Shown piece by piece: positions 27,344 through 37,622 of a stretch of DNA of 64,000 bases. The DNA comes from Candidatus Aenigmatarchaeota archaeon (GTDB lineage Archaea; Aenigmatarchaeota; Aenigmatarchaeia; GW2011-AR5). Positions within the stretch are counted from its first letter, which is position 1, and each line of letters begins with the position of its first letter. The notes beneath the pieces are model-generated. The model was not told the DNA's origin. It saw nothing but the letters and a program-made list of their open reading frames with translations, and searched no databases. The position numbers and the translations under genes are program-made. Location: positions 129,649 to 193,648 of the forward strand of contig JACPRW010000003.1 in NCBI GenBank assembly GCA_016193585.1, read 5' to 3'.

Positions 27344-28018
27344 TCACTTCTTCCTAAACACTTCGATAAACGTGACGTTCTCGAGGCCTTTGCCGTCCGG
27401 CTTGACGTGGTCAAGAACCAGCTTCGCAATGCGTTCCTTGAGGTCTGACGGCAGCGCTGCCGCCTCGATTTCAGCCGTACCGTCCTTGAACGTGACTGAC
27501 GCTTTTTCCACGCCGAAAAATTCGAAAATCGCTTTCGCCTGCTCCTCGGGATTGGTGATGCATGTGGTAACGGTGAGCTCGTAATTCAGCTTCTTTCCCG
27601 CAAGGGGATTGTTAAAGTCGATAGTGACTCTGCCGGCAGCCACGCTCTGCACGCGGCCTTTGATGCCTGAAAAATCAACCACGAGTCCCGGTTTCGGCTC
27701 AACCTGCTGGTCCTTGAACACCTTCTTCTGCACGACACGGACGAGTTTCGGGTCACGGTCGCCGAACCCTTCCGTAGGGCTGACCGTGACATTTTTCTTG
27801 CCGCCGACGTCAACATCGAGAAGCGCCTTGTCAAGGCCGGGTATCACGAATCCGGCGCCGACCACGACGGGCACCGGCTTGTAGTGTATGTTCGGGTTGA
27901 AGATATGCTCCTTTTTCGCAAGTGTTTCGCTGGTCAGGTCGAAAATCTCCCCGGATTCGAGCCTGCCTACATAGTCAATCTTGATAAAATCGCCGTTTTT
28001 CATGCCACTTTCTTGCAA
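27344..28018 (-). CDS. FKBP-type peptidyl-prolyl cis-trans isomerase (long archaeal FKBP with an IF/chaperone insert).
   Basis: FKBP domain similarity at the N-terminus (DFIKIDYVGRLESGEIFD). Confidence 0.85.
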   Translation of the reverse strand: MQESGMKNGDFIKIDYVGRLESGEIFDLTSETLAKKEHIFNPNIHYKPVPVVVGAGFVIPGLDKALLDVDVGGKKNVTVSPTEGFGDRDPKLVRVVQKKVFKDQQVEPKPGLVVDFSGIKGRVQSVAAGRVTIDFNNPLAGKKLNYELTVTTCITNPEEQAKAIFEFFGVEKASVTFKDGTAEIEAAALPSDLKERIAKLVLDHVKPDGKGLENVTFIEVFRKK

Positions 28019-28063
28019 ACAAATCTTTATAAGAATTTTGATTTACTATACCGTAGTGATTTT

Positions 28064-28348
28064 ATGCCCGGAAACGAGAAAGACTGGAAGGAGCAGCTGC
28101 CGGATGAGGACGAGGAGCGGCTGAACGAGCTGCTCAAGACCGTCTCAAAGTACCGGCAGGCGTACAGCGAAGCTTCCGATATCAAGGTCGCGCAGCTGTG
28201 GTGCGCTATTCTTGAAATGAACAAGGCCAATGCAGAGCTGCAGGAGCGGATAGCACGGATTGAGGAACTGCTCGAGAACATGCTCTCGCTGGCGAAAATC
28301 AAGTACGAGGAAAAGAAAAAGCTCGGGGAAAGCCTCGAGACGTATTAG
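28064..28348 (+). CDS. Hypothetical coiled-coil protein.
   Basis: ORF with charged helical sequence. Confidence 0.35.
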   Translation: MPGNEKDWKEQLPDEDEERLNELLKTVSKYRQAYSEASDIKVAQLWCAILEMNKANAELQERIARIEELLENMLSLAKIKYEEKKKLGESLETY

Positions 28349-28358
28349 GAGTGGTTTT

Positions 28359-28619
28359 ATGGTTTCAGATCAAGTGGGGAGAGCAGTGTGGAACACGATG
28401 AGGGGTGCTATGGAATTGGCTGTTCATGAAGGGTTTGGCGTATCCCAGCCGCTACATGATGACTACCCCCACCTGAGCCTTTTAACTGGAGGAAGACACA
28501 GCTCGTATCCAAGAAAACAGGTCTTGCTGATACACGCACAGGGGAGCAACAGGGTAGTCGGTGCTTTGCTGTACCCCGCAGAGCCTCTATTCCCTAAAGA
28601 CATGCACTATCGGGGATGA
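28359..28619 (+). CDS. Hypothetical protein.
   Basis: ORF only. Confidence 0.3.
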   Translation: MVSDQVGRAVWNTMRGAMELAVHEGFGVSQPLHDDYPHLSLLTGGRHSSYPRKQVLLIHAQGSNRVVGALLYPAEPLFPKDMHYRG

Positions 28620-28622
28620 TTT

Positions 28623-31466
28623 TTACTCCAGCAGGATCCCCGGCTTCTGCGGAGACGCCTGGCGTGCCTTGGGATTGCCGCTCGCTTCTGCCTTGGCGAT
28701 AGAGATAGTGCAGTTGGTCTCCTTCTCAAGAAACGCTTTCGCCTTGGCGAGCGTTGCAAGCTGCCTTTTTCTCGGCAGCACCGGCTTGAGCTCGTTGATA
28801 CGCTTGTAGAGGTGCTGCACGAAGGCGACCGTCGTGTTCCCGTAGCGCTTCATGTCGCCTTGCATGATGTGTTTGGTTATCTCGTTGATGGGTTTCCCCT
28901 TGTTCTTCAGCACAAAATCGTACACGTCGAATTTCCAGTCCTCGGCAACGAACAGCGAGATTGTTTTCGGCGCGACCTTCGCTATTTTCTTTATCTCATC
29001 GACGTCCTCGATGACGTGGTGCACGAGCTCCTCGGCGAGTTCTGCTTCCCTGTTGACACGTCTCGTATCATGCGCAGGCCAGCCGGCAACTGACACGAAT
29101 CCTTTGCCAAGGTACGTCCAGAGCTCCTCGCACAGGTGCGGCGTTACCGGGGCAAGCATGCGGGCAATGGTGCTCATTGCCTCCTTGAGCACAGCTTTAT
29201 TCGCATGCGCTATGCCGCCGGTCCTGTTGAGGTACCACTTGAGGGCATTCGTCGTATCAAAGAGCGCGTGCTGGATGCCTGTCCTGAACCTGAGCTGTTC
29301 GTAGTGCTCGGTGACTTCGGCAACTGTCTTCTGGACTTTGCTCATCAGGTAGCGCTCCTCGTTTTCCACGCTTCGCTTTGACGCTTTGCCTATGTTTTTG
29401 CATATCCAGAACAGGTAATCATACCGCTGCTCGAGCGATTTTATGTTCTCCGCGCGCCAGTCCGCGTCGTCTATGCCTTCGGATGAGGAAACGATGTTGA
29501 GCCTCGTGAGGTCGGCGCCGTACTGCTCGATGAGGTCCTTAAGGGGGATGATATTCCCCTTACTCTTGGACATCTTCTCCCCTTCGACGCTCACAAACCC
29601 GTTGACCCCGATAGTCCTCGGCCAGTAACGCTCAGGCCATATCGCGGCGTGCTGGAAGATGTAGAATGTCAGGTGGTTCTGGATGAGGTCCTTGCCGCTG
29701 TTTCTGAAGTCAACAGGATAAAAATAGGTGAATTCCCTTCTCATCAACTGCAGGATGCCCAGCGCAACGCCGCTGCTCTTGGAAACGGTTCTTGGGTTCC
29801 CTTTCCCGAGGAAAACGTAATCGAACACGCTGTCGGTGAGCTTGTCAGCAGCAATCTTCTTCCCGTTGATGAGATGCGCAATTGTATAATATGCCATGTA
29901 CACCGTGCTGTCGGAGAGCGTCTCGACAATCCATTCCTTGTCCCACGGCAGCGGCGTTCCCAGGCCGGTTTTTCTCGTGCACGCCTTGTCCCTGAGCCAC
30001 TGGACCGTATTGTCAAAGTTGTTCCGCGCTTCATCCGGTATGATGCGCATTTTTTTCATCGCATACAGTACCCTCTTCTTCCATTCCTCGTCCGAGTACT
30101 TGAGGAACCACTGGTTTTCGAGTATCTTGACGTGGTTCGGCGTCGTGCACCTGCAGACGACTTCTTCTGTCGGTTCCCATATAATGTCTGCGAGCCCGTC
30201 TTTCAGCAGCTTCTGCTTTATCTTCTCCTTGGCAGTTTCAACAGGAAGCCCGGCATATGCTCCGCAATTGGCTTTCATAACGCCCGTATGGTGCTCTTTC
30301 TTGTAAATGATCCTGAGAGCTTCCTTCAGCTTTTCATAATCTTCCTGGTTCTTTACGCCCAGCTTCGCGATAACATCCTCTGCAGGGTGTTCCCCAAAGC
30401 CTTCAACGTGTATTATCGATATCGGTTCAAGGTCTTTGAAAATAGCAGCGTGCAACCCGTACTTTTCAAGTTCTGCCGGGTCGTTCCGTAAGTCAACCAG
30501 GCCCTGCCAGTCAAACGGTGCATGCGAAGGGACGCTCGTCACAAGGCCTGTTCCGATTTTCGGGTTGCAAAACTTTGACGGAAGGATGGGTATGTCCTTG
30601 TTGATCACCGGTGCAGTGCAGTATTTCCCTACCATCTTTTTTCCTTTGATAGAGCCGACGACCTGTATTTTCTTGAGCTGGTCCTTTAGTTTTTCAGCGC
30701 ATTCCTTGCTTACAATCCACTTTTCCCTGCCGTTGACAAGGGCAATGACGTACTCTACCTCAGGATTGACCCACATGTTGGTCTGCCCGAAGACCGTTTC
30801 CGGCCTGAGCGTTGCAGCGCAGAGGTACATGTCCTTGAATGCGAACTTGAGTATCGTGAATTCTATCGGGCTCTCCCCTTCTCCTTTCAGCCGGTCGTGG
30901 TCGCCTGTCGGCGACTGGCAGTGCGGGCACCAGATTACCGGATGGGTTCCCTGGACGACGTATCCCTTCTCCCTGAGCGTATTGTACTGCCACTCAATGA
31001 AGCGGTTGAACGTGGGCTCAACAGCGGTGATGAACGTCCTTCTCCAGTCCACCGAGAACCCCATCAGTTTCGCGGATTCTGTTATCTTCTTCGCCCAGAA
31101 CCGCGCCGCATACTCCGGTCCGTGCTTCTTGAACGCCTCAAGGTCGCGCGCTGTTGCGCCGAACGTCGTGAATGTCGCCGTCTGGCTTTTGTCGCCGTTT
31201 CTGAGGCGTTCGATGGCGCCGAGTATCGGCTCGCCAGTTGCGTGGAACCCCTGCGCCAGCAGCACGTTGTAGCCCTGCATCCGCTTGAAGCGGGCGTACG
31301 TGTCGGTGCGCGAGAAGGTGAACGAGTGCCCGATGTGGACATTGCCGTTGACGTACGGAATGACAATTGAGGTGAAGAACTTTTTCTTCTTTGAGGGATT
31401 CGCCTCAAAAAGCTTGGCTTTCTCCCACCGCTGCTGCCATTTCTTTTCCAGGGTACGTACGTTCAT
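28623..31466 (-). CDS. leuS: Leucyl-tRNA synthetase (archaeal type).
   Basis: HIGH-like HIGHSF and KMSKS (KMSKSKGN) class I motifs. About 950 aa. Confidence 0.95.
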   Translation of the reverse strand: MNVRTLEKKWQQRWEKAKLFEANPSKKKKFFTSIVIPYVNGNVHIGHSFTFSRTDTYARFKRMQGYNVLLAQGFHATGEPILGAIERLRNGDKSQTATFTTFGATARDLEAFKKHGPEYAARFWAKKITESAKLMGFSVDWRRTFITAVEPTFNRFIEWQYNTLREKGYVVQGTHPVIWCPHCQSPTGDHDRLKGEGESPIEFTILKFAFKDMYLCAATLRPETVFGQTNMWVNPEVEYVIALVNGREKWIVSKECAEKLKDQLKKIQVVGSIKGKKMVGKYCTAPVINKDIPILPSKFCNPKIGTGLVTSVPSHAPFDWQGLVDLRNDPAELEKYGLHAAIFKDLEPISIIHVEGFGEHPAEDVIAKLGVKNQEDYEKLKEALRIIYKKEHHTGVMKANCGAYAGLPVETAKEKIKQKLLKDGLADIIWEPTEEVVCRCTTPNHVKILENQWFLKYSDEEWKKRVLYAMKKMRIIPDEARNNFDNTVQWLRDKACTRKTGLGTPLPWDKEWIVETLSDSTVYMAYYTIAHLINGKKIAADKLTDSVFDYVFLGKGNPRTVSKSSGVALGILQLMRREFTYFYPVDFRNSGKDLIQNHLTFYIFQHAAIWPERYWPRTIGVNGFVSVEGEKMSKSKGNIIPLKDLIEQYGADLTRLNIVSSSEGIDDADWRAENIKSLEQRYDYLFWICKNIGKASKRSVENEERYLMSKVQKTVAEVTEHYEQLRFRTGIQHALFDTTNALKWYLNRTGGIAHANKAVLKEAMSTIARMLAPVTPHLCEELWTYLGKGFVSVAGWPAHDTRRVNREAELAEELVHHVIEDVDEIKKIAKVAPKTISLFVAEDWKFDVYDFVLKNKGKPINEITKHIMQGDMKRYGNTTVAFVQHLYKRINELKPVLPRKRQLATLAKAKAFLEKETNCTISIAKAEASGNPKARQASPQKPGILLE

Positions 31467-31543
31467 GCGTCTCAGCTATGTAATTTTTAATGAAGGCTTA
31501 AAAAGCGCTCCGTGAAGCACAGCATGCGGCATGCTAGAGGCTA

Positions 31544-31762
31544 TCACTGATTTCTGCTCCGCGCATACCGTTCACATTCCGGCGGAGAATCATAGGGCAC
31601 ATGCGTGTTGATTTCAGCGCAGTACGGAGCAAGGTCTTCGGGCCTGTGCCCCTTCATTCCATCCTCACATAACGCCATCGCCGCACGCTGCCAGAGAGGG
31701 CATTCACCGCATACGGCTGGCGTTCTGGATGCACCCGCCACTTGTCTATAGTTCATAGTCAT
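31544..31762 (-). CDS. Hypothetical Cys-containing small protein.
   Basis: ORF. Start overlaps the upstream gene's stop. Confidence 0.3.
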   Translation of the reverse strand: MTMNYRQVAGASRTPAVCGECPLWQRAAMALCEDGMKGHRPEDLAPYCAEINTHVPYDSPPECERYARSRNQ

Positions 31763-32097
31763 CTCCTCCTATAAGGTAACTGCTGGCCCGTATCAGGCGG
31801 ATACCGGTTTGTGTTTGAAACGACAAGCTGTCGTTCGGGGATGAGACGGCTGTACTTTACCTGCCGGTTGCTGCCATCGGCGTGACGTTCGAATGCAACC
31901 ACATAACCATACCCCTGCCGAGTACATTCTGTTGGTACAGGGTACGCACGTACCCTCTCAGCCGAGCTGAAAACGCGCACCTTCCGCTGGGCGATCACGT
32001 AAAACCGCGCTTTTTCAGGAAGGCGCACTTTATTCACGACATGTTCTCCTGGTTGTGTGTTGATGCCCTGTTTCAAGAGGGGTTTCGGTCTTGCCAT
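31759..32097 (-). CDS. Hypothetical basic protein.
   Basis: ORF only. Confidence 0.35.
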   Translation of the reverse strand: MARPKPLLKQGINTQPGEHVVNKVRLPEKARFYVIAQRKVRVFSSAERVRAYPVPTECTRQGYGYVVAFERHADGSNRQVKYSRLIPERQLVVSNTNRYPPDTGQQLPYRRR

Positions 32098-32191
32098 CAG
32101 ATCACTGATGCATGTTGTAGTGTGCTACGTTTCTCCTTCGCGCGCAGCCTCCTCCGCTGCTTGCGCTGGTGTGCCAGGTCGTCATTTCCAA

Positions 32192-32410
32192 TCATGCTCC
32201 GATAGGGTACATCTTGCCGTTCTCCCCTGCACGCACCGGACAATACTCGCCGTCGAGCTTTGCATAGTATTCCGCTCCGGATACTATGCGGTGCGCTGGA
32301 ACGCCATCAGGACTTTCATAGATGCCTGCGGTCCTCTTCGTGCCGCCGATAATTACATCCCTGACAGGGATGCTCGGTCTTGCTCTCGTTTCTAGTGTTG
32401 CGTTTCTCAT
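32192..32410 (-). CDS. Hypothetical protein.
   Basis: ORF from an internal ATG. The longer call runs into an AT-rich spacer. Confidence 0.25.
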   Translation of the reverse strand: MRNATLETRARPSIPVRDVIIGGTKRTAGIYESPDGVPAHRIVSGAEYYAKLDGEYCPVRAGENGKMYPIGA

Positions 32411-32732
32411 CTTTCTCGACCTCCAGTTTCGTTGTATGTAGTGAAATCTCCACGGTTGAAATGTTGGAAAAACATCGCGCGAAAAGTTCAGCGGAAAAGT
32501 GGAGTAAAACCGTATCGGGCTGCTCAGCGCAGCAAAACTACCAAGCACAAGCTAAGGAGAACGTTAGAAACCTGTCCCACAATTTTCCCATACATACTGG
32601 CATTATTTGGAACGCTAAAACTTAAATACGTATAAGGATAGCGTCAAGAAGCAACGAGAGCTAAAATCGCAGGAAGGATTCGGCAGTCAAAGAGAACTGA
32701 GGGAGAACATGGGTTCTCCCGCGGGTCCTCAA

Positions 32733-32851
32733 TGGGCGTGACGCGATTCGAACGCGCGACCCCCTGCTGACCTTTTTAGGAAAAAGGTCAATCAAAAACC
32801 TTCTCCCTTCATTAGAAGGCAGATGCTCTATCCAAGCTGAGCTACACGCCC
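32733..32851 (-). tRNA. tRNA-Arg (anticodon UCU) with a 44-nt intron at the canonical 37/38 position.
   Basis: Complete cloverleaf: acceptor gggcgtg / cacgccc, D-arm gctc/gagc, anticodon stem tctgc/gcagg with loop cuUCUaa, T-arm gcgcg-ttcgaat-cgcgt. The intron contains a cctttttcctaaaaagg helix. Confidence 0.8.
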
Positions 32852-32944
32852 TGAAGCCAGATTTGTGGCATTTTTGTACATTATTTTCGTCATAGCTATT
32901 AAGGTTTTAAATACTGCACAAACCAAAGGTAAAATGGGTGTGGC

Positions 32945-33706
32945 ATGACACGTATCATAACGCTTTGTTCTGGCAAGGGAGGCGCCGGAAAGACCTTTCT
33001 GACCGCGAATCTTGGGGCGGCGCTCGCCGAATACCGCAGGGACGTGGTTGTTGTCGATGCGAACCTGACGACGCCGAACCTGGGGTTCCATTTGGGTGTG
33101 CCGCTCTATCCGACAACGCTTCATGACGTTCTGAAGGGGAAGGCGAAGATTTCCGATGCGCTCTACGAGCATTCGCCCGGGCTCAAGATAGTGCCTGCGG
33201 GCATCGCGCTCCGCGATTTGCAGGGAACGGACGCGCGCGACTTTCCGAACGCGCTGCTCGACCTGCTCGGCAACACCGACATCGTGCTCATCGACTCTGC
33301 TGCAGGATTGGGAAGGGAGGCACTGGCATCCCTGGAAACAGCCGACGAGCTTGTCCTTGTCACCAATCCGGAGCTGCCGGCAGTTGCGGACGCACTGAAG
33401 GCGGCGAAGCTTGCCGAACAGCTTGGAACGCGCGTTTCCGGCGTCGTTCTCAACAGAGTTGCCGGAAAAAAGCACGAGATGAAACAGCACGAAGTGCTTA
33501 CCATGCTCGACCATATGAACCTGCTTGCGGAGATACCCGAGGACAGCGCAGTCCAGCAGGCCATCGCGCGCCGCATGCCCGTTATCCACCACGCTCCGCG
33601 CTCGAAGGCGAGCATGGCAATCCGCCGCCTTGCCGGCCGCATGCTCGGCTACCAGCAGCGCCTTAAGGAACCGTGGTATGCGCGCATGTTCAGCTTCCTG
33701 AGGTAA
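32945..33706 (+). CDS. minD: MinD/ParA-family P-loop ATPase (archaeal MinD-like).
   Basis: Deviant Walker A CSGKGGAGKT. Walker B VLIDSAAG. Confidence 0.85.
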   Translation: MTRIITLCSGKGGAGKTFLTANLGAALAEYRRDVVVVDANLTTPNLGFHLGVPLYPTTLHDVLKGKAKISDALYEHSPGLKIVPAGIALRDLQGTDARDFPNALLDLLGNTDIVLIDSAAGLGREALASLETADELVLVTNPELPAVADALKAAKLAEQLGTRVSGVVLNRVAGKKHEMKQHEVLTMLDHMNLLAEIPEDSAVQQAIARRMPVIHHAPRSKASMAIRRLAGRMLGYQQRLKEPWYARMFSFLR

Positions 33707-33709
33707 GGT

Positions 33710-33961
33710 ATGCGGAATCCCTACGCCGCTGCATTCCTTAATCTGGTGTTCTACGGTCTCGGCTACCTCTACAATGGGAACCGGCCTGTCATGGCCGCAG
33801 GGCTCATCCTCATCGGAATTATTGAAATTGTATCGCTGAATTTCAATCCAATGTCCCTCGTGAAGGCATGGACGTCCTTTCCCGGCTTGCTGTTCGGTCT
33901 CGTGTTCGCAGTGGACGGCTACATGGATGCCGCCGCCATAAACAGGCAGGGAAGCAGATGA
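33710..33961 (+). CDS. Small two-TM membrane protein (family motif A-A-x-LN-x-x-x-x-GLGY-x-Y-x-G).
   Basis: Immediately downstream of the minD-like gene. A paralog follows. Confidence 0.5.
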   Translation: MRNPYAAAFLNLVFYGLGYLYNGNRPVMAAGLILIGIIEIVSLNFNPMSLVKAWTSFPGLLFGLVFAVDGYMDAAAINRQGSR

Positions 33962-34236
33962 AGAAACTGGCGAAGTTCTCCGGAACAAAGAATCCATGGA
34001 TGGCAGCAGCGCTCAATTTCATTCTTCCGGGGCTGGGCTACATCTACGGCGGGCGGCGCGTCGTCTTCGGAGCAGGGCTCATCATTGTGCTGCTAGTCCT
34101 GCCGTACGCGCTCTTCAGCGGCACGCAGCTCGCAGGTGCTTCTGCTGATTATGGTACGCGCGCGCTTCTCTGGCAGGTAACAGCAAACTCCGTATTCGCC
34201 TACGATGCTTATTCCGATATAAAGAACGGCGGATAA
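33958..34236 (+). CDS. Small TM protein, paralog of the preceding gene (MAAALNFILPGLGYIYGGRR).
   Basis: Shared motif with 33710-33961. Start overlaps the previous stop (ATGA). Confidence 0.5.
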   Translation: MKKLAKFSGTKNPWMAAALNFILPGLGYIYGGRRVVFGAGLIIVLLVLPYALFSGTQLAGASADYGTRALLWQVTANSVFAYDAYSDIKNGG

Positions 34237-34408
34237 ACATAATTACAATTGCGATGGGCGAGGTAGGCGTATGCGCTGCAATCACTGCGATGTCTGCAAA
34301 AAATCAGTCAAGTGCACTCCTGCCCGCCATGCGTGCCAAGGCTTTTTCGAGAACGAAGCGCTCAAGGACATGAAGCCCGCACGGTGGAAGCCGTCGGCAA
34401 GAAGGTAA

Positions 34409-36079
34409 TCATTTCCTGACCGAGAACAGGGCGTCGGCATCAAGCTCAAACGCGACGGCAGGCTTTTCGAGCCCCCAGTTGTTGAGGACGTGCGGGCTGA
34501 TTTCACCGACAATGCCGATGGACTTCCCTGCGGCTATAATCCCGGCCACGCGGCCATGGATGAAGCTTGCGTGGTTTGTGCGCGCCAGTTTGTAGGTGAT
34601 GGCGAGGTTTCTCATGAGCGCGTCAAGAGCAGAAGAAATTCTGTCGTAATTTATCGCCGCATCTGATATGGCAGCGGCCACCTTCCTGCGGTCGCGCGTT
34701 TTTGTTTCCATTTTTTCGTCAAGGAGGACGACGTCGCCGATTTCGAAGATGCTCTGCGGGTAGTCTATATGCTTGTTCTGCGAAAAGAATTCCATCAGGT
34801 TCGGCATGAGCCACGTCCTGAAGACGCCCCAGTTTGCAGACGAAGGATTTTCTATCTCAGCCACTTTTTCTTCCTCCATGTTCATTTTTGAGAACAAGTT
34901 GTTTTTGTTGGTGAGTGTGTACGACAGTATCTCCTGGAATCCCATACCTATCATGATTTCTGTCATCTTTTCAGAAAACAGTTCCTTCTCGAGAAGCTTC
35001 CCGGACGTAGGGAGCCTTGGAATTCTCGGCTCTATGTGATTATAACCGTATGAGACTGCTACATCTTCTGCGACGTCACGCCAGTGCATAACATCCTGCC
35101 TGTACGAGGGGTAGTTGAGCGTGAGGCGGCTGCCCTTTCCTGCTACTACCTCATAGCCAGCCTGCCTGAGAAGTCCTAACAGATTCTTGTTGTCGAGCCC
35201 CAATCCGCTGATTTTTCTGATAGAATCCAGAGAGACCTCAATCGTCTTTTTGGAAAAATCAGGAGTTACGACAGAGCCTTTGTTCCATACAGTCTTGACC
35301 GATTTTACTGCAGCTCCCCTCTCAAGCATCTGCGCTGCAAGGACGTTTATCGCAGTGGATAAAAATCCGAGACGGTGACCTGTTACTTCGATGAAAGCGT
35401 GCGTCGTTTTTGCAGATACGTTGCCGAGCGATTCCGAATTAATAATCGGAGGCATCGAGAGTATTTTTCCTGTAGCGTCAACCCACACGGGGTATTCCTT
35501 TTCCCCTCTCAGAAGGTGCCCGTACTCCCTGCCTTTCGGGTGATGCTGCAGTATCTCTTCGGCAGTCATCTCTTTCGAAAAGCCAAGCGGAACAAACAGT
35601 ATATCCTCCGGTTTTCTTGACGTATAGACGACGGGGAGCTTTATTCTGCTCATATCGTATATCCCCATTGACAACTCCCGGCGCTTGCGGCCGAAGCTTG
35701 ACGCTATTTTTTCCTGAAGCTGTAGTATCTGGGAAAGGAAATGCCCGTCTATGGCAAGCTTTTCGGCGACAGCGCAAACAGCCAACGGTTGCACGCGGGA
35801 TCTTGTCGTGATGCGTACCGTGATGTCGGACTTCTGGGCAGCGTACGTCTGAACTCCTTTACTACCCTTTATTCTGTTCCTTATTTCGCGCGCTATTCCC
35901 TCAGCAGACCACAGGTCAGGCCGGTTCGTATCTTTTATGTCTATCTTGAGCGTGTCGCCTTCGGCAGCATCCACTTCGCCCTTCACGTAGAGGATCAGCT
36001 CTTCCCGGAGTTCCTTGAGTGAAACCTTCTTCCCGATAAGCGTGCACAGGTCATGGTAGGAAACGTCTATGGTTGGCAA
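34409..36079 (-). CDS. pheT: Phenylalanyl-tRNA synthetase beta subunit (archaeal).
   Basis: B3/B4 and B5 domain similarity. Adjacent to pheS. Confidence 0.9.
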   Translation of the reverse strand: MPTIDVSYHDLCTLIGKKVSLKELREELILYVKGEVDAAEGDTLKIDIKDTNRPDLWSAEGIAREIRNRIKGSKGVQTYAAQKSDITVRITTRSRVQPLAVCAVAEKLAIDGHFLSQILQLQEKIASSFGRKRRELSMGIYDMSRIKLPVVYTSRKPEDILFVPLGFSKEMTAEEILQHHPKGREYGHLLRGEKEYPVWVDATGKILSMPPIINSESLGNVSAKTTHAFIEVTGHRLGFLSTAINVLAAQMLERGAAVKSVKTVWNKGSVVTPDFSKKTIEVSLDSIRKISGLGLDNKNLLGLLRQAGYEVVAGKGSRLTLNYPSYRQDVMHWRDVAEDVAVSYGYNHIEPRIPRLPTSGKLLEKELFSEKMTEIMIGMGFQEILSYTLTNKNNLFSKMNMEEEKVAEIENPSSANWGVFRTWLMPNLMEFFSQNKHIDYPQSIFEIGDVVLLDEKMETKTRDRRKVAAAISDAAINYDRISSALDALMRNLAITYKLARTNHASFIHGRVAGIIAAGKSIGIVGEISPHVLNNWGLEKPAVAFELDADALFSVRK

Positions 36080-37351
36080 TCATATCACCGCTGCATTCCT
36101 CAGCCACTCAAGGTTCTGTGAAAACAGATATCTTATATCCTGTACGCCAAGTTTAAGCATAGCAAGTCTATCAATGCCAAATCCCCATGCTATTACGGGA
36201 GCATCTACTCCAAGAGGTTTTGTAAGCTCTTCTCTGAATATGCCAGCGCCTGCCAGTTCAATCCAACCAAGTTCAGGGTGCTTTGCCGAAATCTGTACCC
36301 CAGGTTCTACGAATGGATAGTAGTCCGCATAGAACTTCACATCCTCAGCTCCTCCAAGCTCGAAGGCGAATTGCTTCAGCAAGCCAAGCAAATCGCGGAA
36401 ATCGAGGTCTTCTGCGACAACAAAGCCTCCCATCTGGTTGAACTCGACGCCGTGCGTTGCGTCGATGACATCGGGCCGGTAGCACCGCACTATCTGGAAA
36501 TATTTTCCCGGTATTTCCAGCGTTGGCGAGGAAAGGGTTCGTGGAGAAATTGCCGTGTCGTGTGCTCTCGGCATGAGACGCGCCGCCCTTTGTTCATCCC
36601 ATGAATACTGCCATCCGGTGCTGCCTGTTTTCCAGCCGCTTTCATGGGTTTTCCTCACCGCGTCGACGAGCCGTGCATCCGGCAATCTGCCGTACACCGG
36701 ATTTTTCATGGAGTACGTCTCTGTCCAGTCACGCGAGGGATGATTCTGCGCCTGGTAGAGCGCGTCGAAATTCCAGAATTCTAATTCTACGGCGGGGCCT
36801 GCCATTTCCCGGAAACCCATCTCAACGAGCTTTCTCCTCACTTCCAGAAGGAATTTGTTGTACGGCTGCCGCTTCCCGATATGTATCCTCTTGCCGACGG
36901 CCTCGACGTTGTACGACCTGAGCTTGACTTTTTTCCACGCCCCGGTTTTTATCAGGTCCTCGGTCAGGTTGGTAACTTCTGTCCCTTCGATATGCTTGGA
37001 GCGCTGCCGTGCATCCTCGTGCTCCTTTTCTACAAGGTTTCTCGAGAGCAGCAGAGCGAGCACGCTTTCGGTTACCTGATCCCCTTTGTATATCCTTTCA
37101 AGGGCATCCTGTTCCTGTATCTTTGCCGGCTTGTGGAGCAGCAGGAGTTTCTCGCCTTCAATCCTGACCCAGCCGTGCTTCTTCGCCCACTGGAGCGCGA
37201 TGGAGAAGTCGTTCATCGACCGCCGCACGTCGGCGAGTGTTCTCGGCCCGCTGACGAGCATCTCGGCCAGCCGCTTCTCGGGCAGGCCGTTCTTCAGGTA
37301 GTTCCTGCCCTCCTCAGTCAGGACATAGTGCATGGTAATCACTTGGTGCAC
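36080..37351 (-). CDS. pheS: Phenylalanyl-tRNA synthetase alpha subunit.
   Basis: Class II core motifs (FNFDALYQAQNHPSRD, GAGIFRE). Confidence 0.9.
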   Translation of the reverse strand: MHQVITMHYVLTEEGRNYLKNGLPEKRLAEMLVSGPRTLADVRRSMNDFSIALQWAKKHGWVRIEGEKLLLLHKPAKIQEQDALERIYKGDQVTESVLALLLSRNLVEKEHEDARQRSKHIEGTEVTNLTEDLIKTGAWKKVKLRSYNVEAVGKRIHIGKRQPYNKFLLEVRRKLVEMGFREMAGPAVELEFWNFDALYQAQNHPSRDWTETYSMKNPVYGRLPDARLVDAVRKTHESGWKTGSTGWQYSWDEQRAARLMPRAHDTAISPRTLSSPTLEIPGKYFQIVRCYRPDVIDATHGVEFNQMGGFVVAEDLDFRDLLGLLKQFAFELGGAEDVKFYADYYPFVEPGVQISAKHPELGWIELAGAGIFREELTKPLGVDAPVIAWGFGIDRLAMLKLGVQDIRYLFSQNLEWLRNAAVI

Positions 37352-37364
37352 GGAATTTTAATAA

Positions 37365-37613
37365 CTAGAGCGACCACCAGCCGGATGCCGCTACTCTCCG
37401 CCGTGATAATGAAAAGTAGCCACTCGGTATGCCGCGCTCTTCATAAAATTCTCTAAGCGTCGTAACTCTTCTGAGATGCCGTTCGCTTCCGTCGAGCTCG
37501 TACACCCATGCGTTAGGGTCGTACAGGTTTCCTTGAAGGTATGCGACACTGTCGTGACTGATACGCAAGCGCATCAGTGCACCTCCTTCAGGTTTTTCAT
37601 TACCGTACGCCAT
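37365..37613 (-). CDS. Hypothetical protein.
   Basis: ORF only. Confidence 0.3.
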   Translation of the reverse strand: MAYGNEKPEGGALMRLRISHDSVAYLQGNLYDPNAWVYELDGSERHLRRVTTLREFYEERGIPSGYFSLSRRRVAASGWWSL

Positions 37614-37622
37614 GCGCGGGAC

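Noticed and set aside
32828-33997. 389-aa ORF on the - strand
   Set aside because: Antisense to the minD-like gene. It also overruns tRNA-Arg.
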